Source of the DNA: a virus
Taxonomy: Duplodnaviria; Caudoviricetes
Reading direction: 5' to 3' (one strand)
DNA length: 51,649 bases
IMG/VR virus record: IMGVR_UViG_3300048611_000030
Location: 1-51,649 of that record
The notes below the pieces were generated by a model. The model made no database searches and had not been told where the DNA came from. It worked only from the letters and a program-made list of their open reading frames with translations. Position numbers and translations under genes: made by a program. Position 1 is the stretch's first letter. Each line of letters opens with the position of its first letter. Of this stretch, positions 8,899 to 17,978 are shown piece by piece.

Positions 8899-9764
8899 TG
8901 GAACACGGACGGGCTAAATGGGCTGCTTGCATAGATCACATTAAGCTGATCGCTGCAACAGAACTGGATGTGGGCATGAATACCAAGGAACATCTGTGTC
9001 CGTGGTGTGATGGAGGCCAATCACGGGAACGAGCGTTTAGCCTGACCCGCACGGAGGTAGGATTGCTGTACAAATGCCATCGGGCATCGTGTGGGAAGTC
9101 GGGGTTTATTCCGACTATTGCAAGTAGTCTGCCGACTACACCACAACGAGAAGAGCGGAGAAAGACACGACCATATACGGGCGAATATCTGCCCTTGAAT
9201 GGTACGGAGATACAATTCTTTTACGACGAATATGGACTAGAGTACAAAGAAATATGTGATTTTAGCTATGACCCGCGTACAGGTAGAATTGTACAACCGT
9301 GGCACACTGTATTAGGACACCTCGGCGGGCACATACTGAGAGGGTATCACGGGCAGAAGCCAAAGTCCCTGACGTACTGGAACAACGACGGCGTGCCAAT
9401 GGTAGATTACTACATAAAGTTTCCGTGGGATAGGTCCATTTGGCTTGTGGAAGATCAGCTTAGTGCTATCAAGTTGTCTCGATTTGAGAACTCGGCGGCG
9501 CTGCTTGGTGCGTATATCTCCCCGGAGGTTGCGGAGGATATTCGTAAGAATTTCCATACTGTGTATCTGGCATTGGACAACGATGCTACCATAAAAGCCA
9601 TCGAGCAGACGTTGACGTATAATCTCTACTTCCGGAACTTTCGGGTAGTGGTTCTGTCTAAAGACGTGAAAAATATGAATAACGATGAAATACAAAAACT
9701 AATAGGGGACCACGTTGGAAGCAAAAATCTTAGGAGCCCTGCTACACGAGAGGCGCGCATTTGA
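8898..9764 (+). CDS. DNA primase (Zn finger + TOPRIM)
   Basis: CPWC...CHRASC, LVEDQLSAIK, ALLG, LALDNDA motifs. Confidence 0.9.
   Translation: MEHGRAKWAACIDHIKLIAATELDVGMNTKEHLCPWCDGGQSRERAFSLTRTEVGLLYKCHRASCGKSGFIPTIASSLPTTPQREERRKTRPYTGEYLPLNGTEIQFFYDEYGLEYKEICDFSYDPRTGRIVQPWHTVLGHLGGHILRGYHGQKPKSLTYWNNDGVPMVDYYIKFPWDRSIWLVEDQLSAIKLSRFENSAALLGAYISPEVAEDIRKNFHTVYLALDNDATIKAIEQTLTYNLYFRNFRVVVLSKDVKNMNNDEIQKLIGDHVGSKNLRSPATREARI
9634..9661 (+). promoter_or_regulatory. sigmaE-type promoter upstream of the helicase
   Basis: GGAACTT-tcgggtagtggttct-GTCTAA, inside the primase 3' end. Confidence 0.65.
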
Positions 9765-10923
9765 GGAACTTACTAACCTCAAAGAGGATGGGGCTGGATT
9801 TTCAGACCTTGGCAAGATCATCTTCGCCGAGATTGCGGCTTTTTATCGGCGTGACCCGGCTGCTAACGCTGCTGATAAGGAAATCCTTCTGGCAGCGGTT
9901 GAGCAACGGCTAAACAACGATAAGCAATTTAAGCGGCTTGCTGAGGTAATAAAAGAACTACAGGTAGTATCCCTACCTAACCTGCTGGAGATATACCGCA
10001 AGCAAAAGAAGTTCATGGTGGCGAATGAACTGGCGGTAGCCTTGCTCAAGCAGGATGATGATAAGGTAAGGGAACTTTCGCAGAAGTGGTCTGCGTGGGA
10101 TGTGGGTGTAGAGCAAGATAAGGAGGAGACAGCCGATGTTTTTGAGAAGATTGATATTGAATCTGTTTTTGCGCCTATCCAGAGGGAAAATCTCATGCCT
10201 CTTTTCCCTGCGTCTCTTAATGAACTTACTGATGGAGGCGCGACACGGGGCGATCATATTCTTATCGCAGGACGAGTGGAAAACGGTAAAAGCCTCGTTG
10301 CCGTTAATCTCGCATCTGGACTCTGCTTCTCAGGGAAACGAGTTCTTTATATTGGCAATGAGGATGCCCCCGCACGAATGATTCCTCGCTTCGTCAGTCG
10401 CCTTACCGGACTGACCAAGCAGCAGATCATTCAGGACTATAAATCCGCACAGAATAAGGCCAATAAGAGGGGGTTTAATAACCTCATTTTCATCAATGCG
10501 CGTGAGTGCTCATTGAACCATATTGACAATTGGCTGTCTAAGTACAAACCAGACGCAATGGTTGTGGACCAAATCCGCAATATCAATGCGGGTAATGTGG
10601 AAAAGACTGAGCAGTTGGAGAAGGTGGCTACGGGGATACGCCGCCTAATCAAGAAGCACAATGTTCTTGGAATAAGTATCTCACAGTCCATGAACGATGC
10701 GGAGCATATCAACAAGCTGATCGGAGATATGGCCGATGTGGCTAACAGTAAGGTGGATTTGCCGGGTCAGGCTGATTTGCTTATTCTGCTGGGAACGAAT
10801 GATGATTACCGTAACCGCAACATGGTTATGTTCTCCATTCCAAAGAATAAGCTGAGCGGCTGGCACGGCAGTTATCCTGTTCGGATTAACCCGTTGTTGT
10901 CTCAGGTGGAGGATGTTGCATGA
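9715..10923 (+). CDS. DnaB-like (SF4) replicative helicase
   Basis: Walker A GRVENGKS, YIGNED, VVDQIRN, ISQ, PKNK motifs; TTG start. Confidence 0.92.
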   Translation: MEAKILGALLHERRAFEELTNLKEDGAGFSDLGKIIFAEIAAFYRRDPAANAADKEILLAAVEQRLNNDKQFKRLAEVIKELQVVSLPNLLEIYRKQKKFMVANELAVALLKQDDDKVRELSQKWSAWDVGVEQDKEETADVFEKIDIESVFAPIQRENLMPLFPASLNELTDGGATRGDHILIAGRVENGKSLVAVNLASGLCFSGKRVLYIGNEDAPARMIPRFVSRLTGLTKQQIIQDYKSAQNKANKRGFNNLIFINARECSLNHIDNWLSKYKPDAMVVDQIRNINAGNVEKTEQLEKVATGIRRLIKKHNVLGISISQSMNDAEHINKLIGDMADVANSKVDLPGQADLLILLGTNDDYRNRNMVMFSIPKNKLSGWHGSYPVRINPLLSQVEDVA

Positions 10924-11099
10924 AGGCATACATAGCAAAGAGAGAATATGACTATGAAGGCTTTATTGTACTTGGGGTGTTTAGTACTAATACTTTAGCA
11001 GAGGCGGCATGTGAAAAAGACAAGGGAGATAGGAAACAGAGGAAGTGGCTTCCAGCAGATGGGTATTCTACGGAGGAATTTGTTGTTGATGAAACGTAG
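10920..11099 (+). CDS. Small hypothetical protein (59 aa, not in the ORF track)
   Basis: ATGA overlap with the helicase stop, GGAGG RBS; MKAYIAKREYDYEGFIVLGVFST...EEFVVDET*. Confidence 0.7.
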   Translation: MKAYIAKREYDYEGFIVLGVFSTNTLAEAACEKDKGDRKQRKWLPADGYSTEEFVVDET

Positions 11100-11111
11100 T
11101 CTGTAGACTAC
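11096..11111. repeat. Dispersed palindrome GTAGTC-tgta-GACTAC
   Basis: Supplies the TAG stop of the 10920 ORF; followed by AAAGGA RBS. Confidence 0.95.
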
Positions 11112-11123
11112 AAAGGATTCTAT

Positions 11124-11345
11124 ATGAAACCATATCCAGTTTGGGTTTGTTTTCCTTGCGGGGAGGCGGCGCGTGGTACGCCGATGCCGAAAGGACACGT
11201 GTGCACAGTACACATGGACATCTGCCATGTGTGTGGAAAAGTAGAGTATGTTACGGAGCCAAGGGACTTTGGCTATCCTAAGTTTGCTGGACATGCGTAT
11301 GAATCGAAATCGGCCTATAAGAGAAAAGAGGCACAAATGCTATGA
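11124..11345 (+). CDS. Small Zn-binding hypothetical protein
   Basis: CFPC...CHVC, TEPRDFGYP. Confidence 0.75.
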   Translation: MKPYPVWVCFPCGEAARGTPMPKGHVCTVHMDICHVCGKVEYVTEPRDFGYPKFAGHAYESKSAYKRKEAQML

Positions 11346-11863
11346 GTGTTCTATTCTGTAGTGATTTGCATCTTGGGCACGCCCTCGCTGCTAAACTGCG
11401 TGGGTACGATTCCGTAGAGAAGCACGACCAAGACGTGATCTATAAGCTAATGCAGCAATGCACTAAGCGCACGTTGTTGTGGATTCTTGGTGATGTAGCC
11501 ATGAAGCGCGAGTCGTTGGATTTACTCAACGCTGTGTATTGCGAGAAGCGTCTAGTGCGGGGGAACCACGATAACTTCCAACTTGGGGTGTATCTCAAAT
11601 ACTTCCAAGAGATTCACGGATTCCTGCGGTATAAGGAAATGTGGCTGAGTCATTGCCCGATTCATCCACAGGAAATGTGTCGAGTAAAGTTAAATGTGCA
11701 CGGGCACATCCACAAGGGAGCCATGACTCCGGAACTTCCGTTGCCGTACTTCAACGTCAATTGGGATTTTTGGGGACGTGCTGTTTCATTAGATGAAATT
11801 ATCAAAGTGAGGGATGAATATCATGCGAGGAACTCAGGCGAAGTTAGCAAGACGGTTGGCTGA
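11342..11863 (+). CDS. Calcineurin-like metallophosphoesterase
   Basis: SDLHLGH, LGD, GNHD, SHCP, HGHIH motifs. Confidence 0.92.
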   Translation: MSVLFCSDLHLGHALAAKLRGYDSVEKHDQDVIYKLMQQCTKRTLLWILGDVAMKRESLDLLNAVYCEKRLVRGNHDNFQLGVYLKYFQEIHGFLRYKEMWLSHCPIHPQEMCRVKLNVHGHIHKGAMTPELPLPYFNVNWDFWGRAVSLDEIIKVRDEYHARNSGEVSKTVG

Positions 11864-12134
11864 GGCTGTACTTTTGCGGGAGGGGATTGACCACAATAAA
11901 ATCCCATACAGGAAGTATGATGAAAAAGCTACAAAGAAGATAGTGCGGGCACTAAATAAGGAAGGGGAAGAAGTGTTGGTTCCTGTAATTAGAATAACAA
12001 AGGTGTTGAACGCCGCATGTCTAAGAAAACAGCAAAGATTGTCGAAGAATCGTCTCAAGAAATTCCTACGGAGGGGCTTGCGCTCCACGTTGCTCATCCG
12101 AACTCAGCTATCTACCTTACAGGCAAATATCTAA
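11814..12134 (+). CDS. Basic hypothetical protein
   Basis: 106-aa ORF filling the gap before PolA; overlaps both neighbours. Confidence 0.5.
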   Translation: MNIMRGTQAKLARRLAEAVLLREGIDHNKIPYRKYDEKATKKIVRALNKEGEEVLVPVIRITKVLNAACLRKQQRLSKNRLKKFLRRGLRSTLLIRTQLSTLQANI

Positions 12135-13906
12135 CGGTAGACCTTGAAACAACGAGCTTAGATTACGGGGACCCACGTAATACAAATAATCGCCTTCTGC
12201 TGGCTGTGGCAAAGCGGTGGGATGGAAAAAGGTTGGTTGCGTGGGGCTCCGAGTTTGAGCAACAAGAACTAAAGCGGTGGATTGACGAAGCCGATTTTGT
12301 AGTAGCCCAAAACACCAAGTTTGAGTTAGGTTGGTTCTACCGCATGGGGTGGGACCTTACCAAAATCCTCCCTTATTGCACAGTAATAGGAAAGTATGTC
12401 TACGACGGGAATCGTCATTCTAAGCGTGATCTTAATTCTCTGGCTAAGTTTTACGGTGTGGCTGGAAAACACGAGCATGTTGCTAGCCTTATTGCTTTGG
12501 GGGTTGACCCTAGCGATATTCCGCCTTCGTGGTTAGAGGAATACTGCATCCAAGACGTAGAAGCTGAGGAGCAGATATTTCTCAGGCAGCGCAAGCAGCT
12601 TGGTGAAATGGGGCTTATTCCCGCAACGTATACGCGGAACATCTTTACTCCGGTGCTGGTGGAACTGGAGGCGCGAGGGATGCAGTTGGACCCTGAGCGA
12701 GTACGCATCATCTACAATAACTACAACAAGAAGTATCTCGACCTACAGAGGCAACTGAATGAGTATACAGAGGGAATTAATCAAGATAGTCCAAAGCAAA
12801 TGGCCGAATTCCTCTACGACCGATTGGGTTTTAGTGAACCTACGGACTTCCGAGGTAATCCCATTAGAACAGACTCCGGTAGACGCACCACGAATAAGGA
12901 CGATCTTAAACTCCTTAAGCCGCGTACTAAGCGCCAACGAGAATTTATTGAACTCTATCTTAAGTACGGGGAAGCAAAAGCCAAGGTAACAAAGTATCTA
13001 CAGAAGTTTGTAGACTGTTGTGAGCAAGATGGAGGTTGGTTACAGGCGAACTTCAACCAGTGCGTAACCAAGACGCACCGCACATCCAGTTCTGGAACTA
13101 AGCATAAGATTCAGTTTCAGAATATGGACCGTAACTTGAAGCCCATATTCACTACGCGAAAGAAGGGGTGGAAGTTTGGAGAAGCTGACGAAGCACAACT
13201 CGAATTTCGCGTGGCTGTGTTTTTGGGGAATGATCGGCAGGGCCGGAAAGACGTTGAAGCAAAAGCGGACGTACACCGCTTCACGGCGTCGGTGTTGCAT
13301 GATGTACCAGAGGAGGAAGTTACTGCCGACTGGCGACAGGATGCGAAACCAGATACTTTCAAGCCTCTCTACGGCGGAACTAGCGGAACTCCGCAACAAC
13401 AGAAGTATTACAAAGCCTTTAAGGAAAAGTACAGCGACATAGCGAAAGTACAGGAGGGCTGGACGCATGAGGTTCTAAAGAATAAGAAATTGGTAATGCC
13501 GCACGGGTTCATCTTTTATTGGCCGTTTTGCAAAATGACCAATAGAGGGTATATCACGGAAACATCCAAGATATACAATGCTCCGGTGCAGCACTTTGCT
13601 ACAGCAGAGATTGTTCCTATTGGTGTGACGTACCTGTGGCATCGTATGAAAGCAGCAAAGACCGAGAGTTTCTTGGTCAATACGGTACATGACAGCGCCA
13701 ATGCGGAAATCTGTCCGGGAGAGGAGCAGATATTTACGGAACTTTCCCAGCAGGCAATGTCTAATGATGTTGTGTGGTACTTAAAGACGGTGTACAACAT
13801 TGACTTCGATGTTCAGTTGGATGCTGAGGTATCTATCGGTACTCACTGGAACGAGAAGGGTGATTGGCAGAAAAAATGGTTAATAACAAACGAGGAGAGA
13901 GCATGA
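12017..13906 (+). CDS. polA: Family A DNA polymerase with 3'-5' exonuclease
   Basis: Exo DLET, NTKFE, YCIQD; polymerase motif A DEAQLEFR, motif B RQDAKPDTFKPLYG, motif C VHDS. Confidence 0.95.
   Translation: MSKKTAKIVEESSQEIPTEGLALHVAHPNSAIYLTGKYLTVDLETTSLDYGDPRNTNNRLLLAVAKRWDGKRLVAWGSEFEQQELKRWIDEADFVVAQNTKFELGWFYRMGWDLTKILPYCTVIGKYVYDGNRHSKRDLNSLAKFYGVAGKHEHVASLIALGVDPSDIPPSWLEEYCIQDVEAEEQIFLRQRKQLGEMGLIPATYTRNIFTPVLVELEARGMQLDPERVRIIYNNYNKKYLDLQRQLNEYTEGINQDSPKQMAEFLYDRLGFSEPTDFRGNPIRTDSGRRTTNKDDLKLLKPRTKRQREFIELYLKYGEAKAKVTKYLQKFVDCCEQDGGWLQANFNQCVTKTHRTSSSGTKHKIQFQNMDRNLKPIFTTRKKGWKFGEADEAQLEFRVAVFLGNDRQGRKDVEAKADVHRFTASVLHDVPEEEVTADWRQDAKPDTFKPLYGGTSGTPQQQKYYKAFKEKYSDIAKVQEGWTHEVLKNKKLVMPHGFIFYWPFCKMTNRGYITETSKIYNAPVQHFATAEIVPIGVTYLWHRMKAAKTESFLVNTVHDSANAEICPGEEQIFTELSQQAMSNDVVWYLKTVYNIDFDVQLDAEVSIGTHWNEKGDWQKKWLITNEERA
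13738..13764 (+). promoter_or_regulatory. sigmaE-type promoter variant upstream of SSB
   Basis: GGAACTT...GTCTAA with a spacer one base shorter than the other copies. Confidence 0.45.
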
Positions 13907-14538
13907 GCACAAGCGTAGTCGAGGGGACTGTTGAATTTGTAAAGCAGAACGCAGCGGGCTATTACGCCGCTAAGATGAGCGACGGCCAGTGGTACGGCTG
14001 CAACAAGGATAAGCCTGAGTTTGATAAGGGGGACAACATCCGTTTTGAGATTGTGACCAATGGTCGCTACCTGAATATGGTTATGGAGACTGTTGAAATG
14101 CTCGGCAAGAGTGCGGCTCCGGCGCGTAAGGCCCCTCCGGCCCGTAGCGGTGGTGGTGCACAGAAGTTCACCAAGGATGTGTCCAAGGACGAGTATTGGA
14201 AGGCCAAGGAGGCTCGTGATATTGCTCGTGATGAGCGGCTTGCTAAGCGCGACACCATCGTTCAGAACGAGATACGCTTGCAGGCATCCCGCAATGCAGC
14301 CATCGAGTTGATGGGTATTGCCTTGTCCAGCGGCATTGTTGTGCTCAAGGATGAGAAAAAGAAGGGCCAGAACTTTGACATCCTTACTACCTATGTGGAC
14401 AAGCTGACCTCTAAGTATTATGATGCCACCAAGGCTATTAATGCTGAAATTGAGGCTCCTGATCTGGACCCGGTGGAAGCACACGAGGCGGAACCTGCTG
14501 GCGACGAGGAGGACTTCGACGACGCACTCCGTTTCTAA
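13903..14538 (+). CDS. Putative single-stranded DNA-binding protein
   Basis: Follows PolA; beta-rich N-terminus, acidic tail ending in aromatic F (EEDFDDALRF); strong codon bias. Confidence 0.65.
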   Translation: MSTSVVEGTVEFVKQNAAGYYAAKMSDGQWYGCNKDKPEFDKGDNIRFEIVTNGRYLNMVMETVEMLGKSAAPARKAPPARSGGGAQKFTKDVSKDEYWKAKEARDIARDERLAKRDTIVQNEIRLQASRNAAIELMGIALSSGIVVLKDEKKKGQNFDILTTYVDKLTSKYYDATKAINAEIEAPDLDPVEAHEAEPAGDEEDFDDALRF

Positions 14539-14612
14539 TATGGAGTTGTTGTTAATCGCAATAGTGCTGTATCTAATCTTTATAAAAGAATAACTATAAA
14601 AGGATAATAAGA

Positions 14613-14933
14613 ATGATTGAAGGTCAGCGGGTGTACGACAACGAAATGTATGCAGTTGTGGTTGCTGTTTCTCCCAAAACTCCGGAAGTTCCACAGAACG
14701 AGGATACCCTTGTCTATTCTGTGGTGAACAAGAACACAGAGGTTGCGGAGTATTTCACCAACCAGTTGTTCGAGGCGTGCCAGAACGCCGATTGGTTGGC
14801 GTTTATGATGAAGGACAATAACTGGCAGAAGATTATGCAGGAAAAGAAGGAGGGCTTTTATACGCACTTTAAGCCCCTATCTAATCCGGCAATGACTGCC
14901 AAGGAACTTACCTCCTCTGGTCCATTGAATTAA
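14613..14933 (+). CDS. Hypothetical protein
   Basis: AAGGA RBS; 106 aa. Confidence 0.75.
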   Translation: MIEGQRVYDNEMYAVVVAVSPKTPEVPQNEDTLVYSVVNKNTEVAEYFTNQLFEACQNADWLAFMMKDNNWQKIMQEKKEGFYTHFKPLSNPAMTAKELTSSGPLN

Positions 14934-14935
14934 TT

Positions 14936-14951
14936 GTAGTCGGCCGACTAC
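14936..14951. repeat. Dispersed palindrome GTAGTC-ggcc-GACTAC
   Basis: Fills the gap between stop 14933 and ATG 14955. Confidence 0.95.
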
Positions 14952-14954
14952 ATT

Positions 14955-15818
14955 ATGAAGTGGACTCCCAAACTTGCTGTAATTGACTTCGATGTTATGC
15001 TTTACATGTGCGGATATGCCGCGCAGCATACTAATCATCGGGTCTATGAAAAGGGCGCAGCGGAATACTGCGCCTCTTTCAAATACAAACGCGATGCTGT
15101 TGCTCACATAAAAGGCATGGAGGATGAGTATGAGATAAAGGCGGAGACTGAGGTTGCTCCGTTCAGCCATGCCGCGCAGAACGTGAAGCAGCTAATGCTT
15201 AAGATTCGGGATGCGATTGGGGCTGCTGCATACAAGGGATACCTCACCGGGAAAGGGAATTTCCGGGAGACCTTGGCTACGATTCAGGGGTATAAGGCCA
15301 ATCGAGACCCCACACTCAAGCCGTATCATTACCGAGAACTCAAGAAGTACATCTTGGAGAATCTTGGAGCCATGATAGTTGATGGCATCGAAGCGGACGA
15401 TGCAATTGCCATCGAGCATATGCGTCATTACAAGCCGAACCAATCGTACGAGGAGGCTAAAAGCGTCATTGCCACGATTGATAAAGACCTCAATATGATT
15501 CCGGGGTGGCATTACAACTTCCAGCAGGGGAAATGCTTTCATGTCAACGAGCACGAAGGTCTGCTTAGTTTTTATAGCCAGCTACTTACAGGGGATGCCA
15601 CCGATAACATCAGTGGTATTTACAAAGTCGGACCTGTCAAAGCTGCTAAAATACTGGCCGGTCTCAGTGATGAAATGGCGATGTTTGGAGCAGTACAAGC
15701 TGAATATAGAAAGGCATTTCCAGATGAGGATGTAAGTAAGCGCATAAAAGAGAACGGGCAACTTCTGTGGATTTGGAAAAAGGAGGATGATCTATGGGTT
15801 CCACCGAACGAACGATAG
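14955..15818 (+). CDS. 5'-3' exonuclease (T7 gp6 / FEN-like)
   Basis: IDFD, NFR...YKANR, EADD, DKDL, GDATDNISG..KVGPVKA motifs. Confidence 0.92.
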   Translation: MKWTPKLAVIDFDVMLYMCGYAAQHTNHRVYEKGAAEYCASFKYKRDAVAHIKGMEDEYEIKAETEVAPFSHAAQNVKQLMLKIRDAIGAAAYKGYLTGKGNFRETLATIQGYKANRDPTLKPYHYRELKKYILENLGAMIVDGIEADDAIAIEHMRHYKPNQSYEEAKSVIATIDKDLNMIPGWHYNFQQGKCFHVNEHEGLLSFYSQLLTGDATDNISGIYKVGPVKAAKILAGLSDEMAMFGAVQAEYRKAFPDEDVSKRIKENGQLLWIWKKEDDLWVPPNER

Positions 15819-16114
15819 ATAAGTGCCTTTCCTGTGGTACTGAATTGCTTTATGCAATAGGTATTGGTCCTTATTGTCCTAACCATGCATGCAAAAGAAT
15901 CGACTGGCAGCAGCCGGGCCCGCGACCTTCGATAAACATAACTCCGCCATATACAACCAGTGGTTTTGTTTTAGATCAAGTGGAGATTATTCGTCGCGCC
16001 CTTGAGCGGGGCAAGAGACGGGCAGAGCAAGGGTGTGTTGCAAGCGAGTCCTTAGATGTGTTCATTCATTGCCTTGATGAATTACAGAGGATTAAAGATG
16101 CTGTGGACGTGTGA
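15794..16114 (+). CDS. Hypothetical Zn-ribbon protein
   Basis: GGAGG RBS; CLSC...CPNHAC. Confidence 0.55.
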   Translation: MGSTERTIDKCLSCGTELLYAIGIGPYCPNHACKRIDWQQPGPRPSINITPPYTTSGFVLDQVEIIRRALERGKRRAEQGCVASESLDVFIHCLDELQRIKDAVDV

Positions 16115-16388
16115 TATTATCAATGGGCTGTTTGAGTTGTTCGGCGGCGTACTGCTGTGGAAGAATGTACGTCAACTTCACAAGGACAAAGAGATAAAGG
16201 GAGTACATTGGTCCCCGGTGATGTTCTTCGCGGCATGGGGGTATTGGAATCTATACTACTACCCGTCCCTTAACCAATGGTTTAGCTTTGTAGCAGGGAT
16301 AAACATCGTAGCTGCAAATACAGTTTGGGTAGTTCAAATGATGTATTACATAAGGAAAAATAAAAATGATGCAATTCGGGCGGTATAA
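16098..16388 (+). CDS. Small three-helix membrane protein (PQ-loop/SemiSWEET-like)
   Basis: Three hydrophobic segments, KDKEIKGV loop, WGYWNLYYY. Confidence 0.7.
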   Translation: MLWTCDIINGLFELFGGVLLWKNVRQLHKDKEIKGVHWSPVMFFAAWGYWNLYYYPSLNQWFSFVAGINIVAANTVWVVQMMYYIRKNKNDAIRAV

Positions 16389-17073
16389 TCCTGACAGAAG
16401 TGAAAAGACGGTAGGGGCTGGGAGTGAATTAAACGAGGTATTTGACGGGGATAAAACCCGCAGTTGTTTCAAAGATCATACGGAGGCGTACATTGAAACG
16501 TGCACCGGAGGAAAGTTCCACTTCATGTCCCCGCGAGAGGATGAAGTTAATATTCTGGATATTGCTCATGCTCTTAGCCACCAGTGTCGTTACACTGGAC
16601 ATTGCGCTAGGTTTTACAGCGTGGCAGAGCATTCTGTCTTGGTTGCTTCTCTTGTTCCTCCTGAGCAGCGGTTGGCGGCGCTTCTTCACGACGCCAGCGA
16701 AGCGTATCTTACGGACGTTGCCGCCCCGGTAAAGCCGTTCCTTAGCTCGTACAAGGACATTGAGCGGGGCATCATGGATGTTATCGCCAAGAAGTTTGGC
16801 TTTCCGTGGCCCGCCTCGCCGGAGATTAAGCACGCTGATCTGGTGGCGCTGCTGGTTGAAGCTCGTCAGCTTATGCCGTCCGGAGGGGAAGGTTGGAGAG
16901 AGTCCTCACAGGTAGGTGAGTTGCCTAAGCTGCAAGTGGCCTGTATGAATCCGCAAGCTGCTCGACTGGTGTTCTTACGGGTGTTCGAGGAGCTCTCAGG
17001 CACGCAGATACTTCCGCGGGTAGTGGCTCCTACCAAGCAGGAATCCAAGATCATTCTGAGCGCAACGAAATGA
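16366..17073 (+). CDS. HD-domain 5'-deoxynucleotidase (YfbR/YfdR-like)
   Basis: DIAHALS..CRYTGH, YSVAEHS, LLHDASEAYLTD, KHAD motifs. Confidence 0.9.
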   Translation: MMQFGRYNPDRSEKTVGAGSELNEVFDGDKTRSCFKDHTEAYIETCTGGKFHFMSPREDEVNILDIAHALSHQCRYTGHCARFYSVAEHSVLVASLVPPEQRLAALLHDASEAYLTDVAAPVKPFLSSYKDIERGIMDVIAKKFGFPWPASPEIKHADLVALLVEARQLMPSGGEGWRESSQVGELPKLQVACMNPQAARLVFLRVFEELSGTQILPRVVAPTKQESKIILSATK

Positions 17074-17192
17074 GTCCAGACGGCGATATATTTATGAATA
17101 TATTTGGGGCGTGTGTGGCTGCTATTATGGCTGCTATTGCTGGTCTTGTTTGGATTGGTGTGTATTATGTATATACGCAGGTGATTCAATGA
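17070..17192 (+). CDS. 40-aa membrane peptide (not in the ORF track)
   Basis: ATGA overlaps at both ends; single TM helix IFGACVAAIMAAIAGLVWIGVYYVY. Confidence 0.6.
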   Translation: MSPDGDIFMNIFGACVAAIMAAIAGLVWIGVYYVYTQVIQ

Positions 17193-17641
17193 GCGAACCG
17201 TCGGGACGTAAGGACGATCTAGGCAAGCCCCGTATGGGGCTAATCTCGGATTTCGCCTTGTTTCAAGAGGCGTTGGTAATGACCTTTGGAGCTAAGAAGT
17301 ATGCGGCGCATAACTGGAGAGAAGGCATTGTATGGAGCCGTCTTATTGACGCGGCTCTTAGGCACATTCACGCCTTTAACGCAGGAGAGGACATGGACCC
17401 CGAGACAGGTCTTAGTCATCTCGCCCACGCGCGCTGCTGCCTCGCGTTTATTCTTGAATATACGCAAACTCATAAGGAACTAGATGATCGCTTCAACTTT
17501 ATCGAAGCCTCAAATGATGCAAAACTCAGAGAAATCCTTGCGGAAGTTGATAGTGAGGACCAAGAAAGGGAAGCGCAAGCTGCGGCTCAAGAGCCACTTC
17601 GAGCGAATGACTTTGGAGAACTTCCGCCGGTCGGGCATTAA
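17189..17641 (+). CDS. DUF5664 dATP/dGTP diphosphohydrolase-like protein
   Basis: GRKDDLGKPRMGL, FGAKKYAAHNWREG, AALRH, DPETGLSHLAHA motifs. Confidence 0.88.
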   Translation: MSEPSGRKDDLGKPRMGLISDFALFQEALVMTFGAKKYAAHNWREGIVWSRLIDAALRHIHAFNAGEDMDPETGLSHLAHARCCLAFILEYTQTHKELDDRFNFIEASNDAKLREILAEVDSEDQEREAQAAAQEPLRANDFGELPPVGH

Positions 17642-17978
17642 AGTACGGTATGAGGAACTAGGGATACCGTACACCATAGAAGCGGTGTACAACCCTGATT
17701 GGATTCTTCCCAATGGGATTATTGTCGAAACTAAAGGGAACTTTGATGCGAAAGATCGGTCTAAGCATCTACTGGTACAGCAGCAATACCCTTGGTTGGA
17801 TATTCGCTTGGTGTTCCAGCGGGACAATAAACTATATAAGAAATCCGAAACCCACTACAGCGAATGGTGTAAGAAATACGGCATCTTATTTGCAATTGGT
17901 AAAGTACCTGCCGCGTGGCTTAAAGAACCAAAAAAAGATGATGCCTACCTTCTGGCCATAGGTGTTTTAGATGAATAA
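17553..17978 (+). CDS. T7 endonuclease I-like Holliday junction resolvase
   Basis: YEE..IPY, YNPDWILPNGIIVETKG, DRSKHL, DIRLVF motifs; start uncertain (GTG 17553 or upstream). Confidence 0.9.
   Translation: MRTKKGKRKLRLKSHFERMTLENFRRSGIKVRYEELGIPYTIEAVYNPDWILPNGIIVETKGNFDAKDRSKHLLVQQQYPWLDIRLVFQRDNKLYKKSETHYSEWCKKYGILFAIGKVPAAWLKEPKKDDAYLLAIGVLDE
17737..17764 (+). promoter_or_regulatory. sigmaE-type promoter inside the endonuclease I gene
   Basis: GGAACTT-tgatgcgaaagatcg-GTCTAA. Confidence 0.6.

Noticed and set aside
9715-9764. Programmed frameshift fusing primase and helicase
   Set aside because: No slippery sequence seen; the helicase has its own RBS-like GGGGA, a TTG start and an upstream promoter motif
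12017-13906. Intron or intein in PolA or terminase given the many homing nucleases
   Set aside because: Both ORFs are continuous, of normal size and lack splice motifs
13843-14694. 283-aa antisense ORF over SSB; similar ORFs at 33219-33998 and 35818-36552
   Set aside because: Shadow frames of strongly codon-biased genes; no RBS or recognisable motifs
16366-17641. 2-aminoadenine (Z) genome pathway
   Set aside because: No PurZ/adenylosuccinate synthetase-like ORF in the genome
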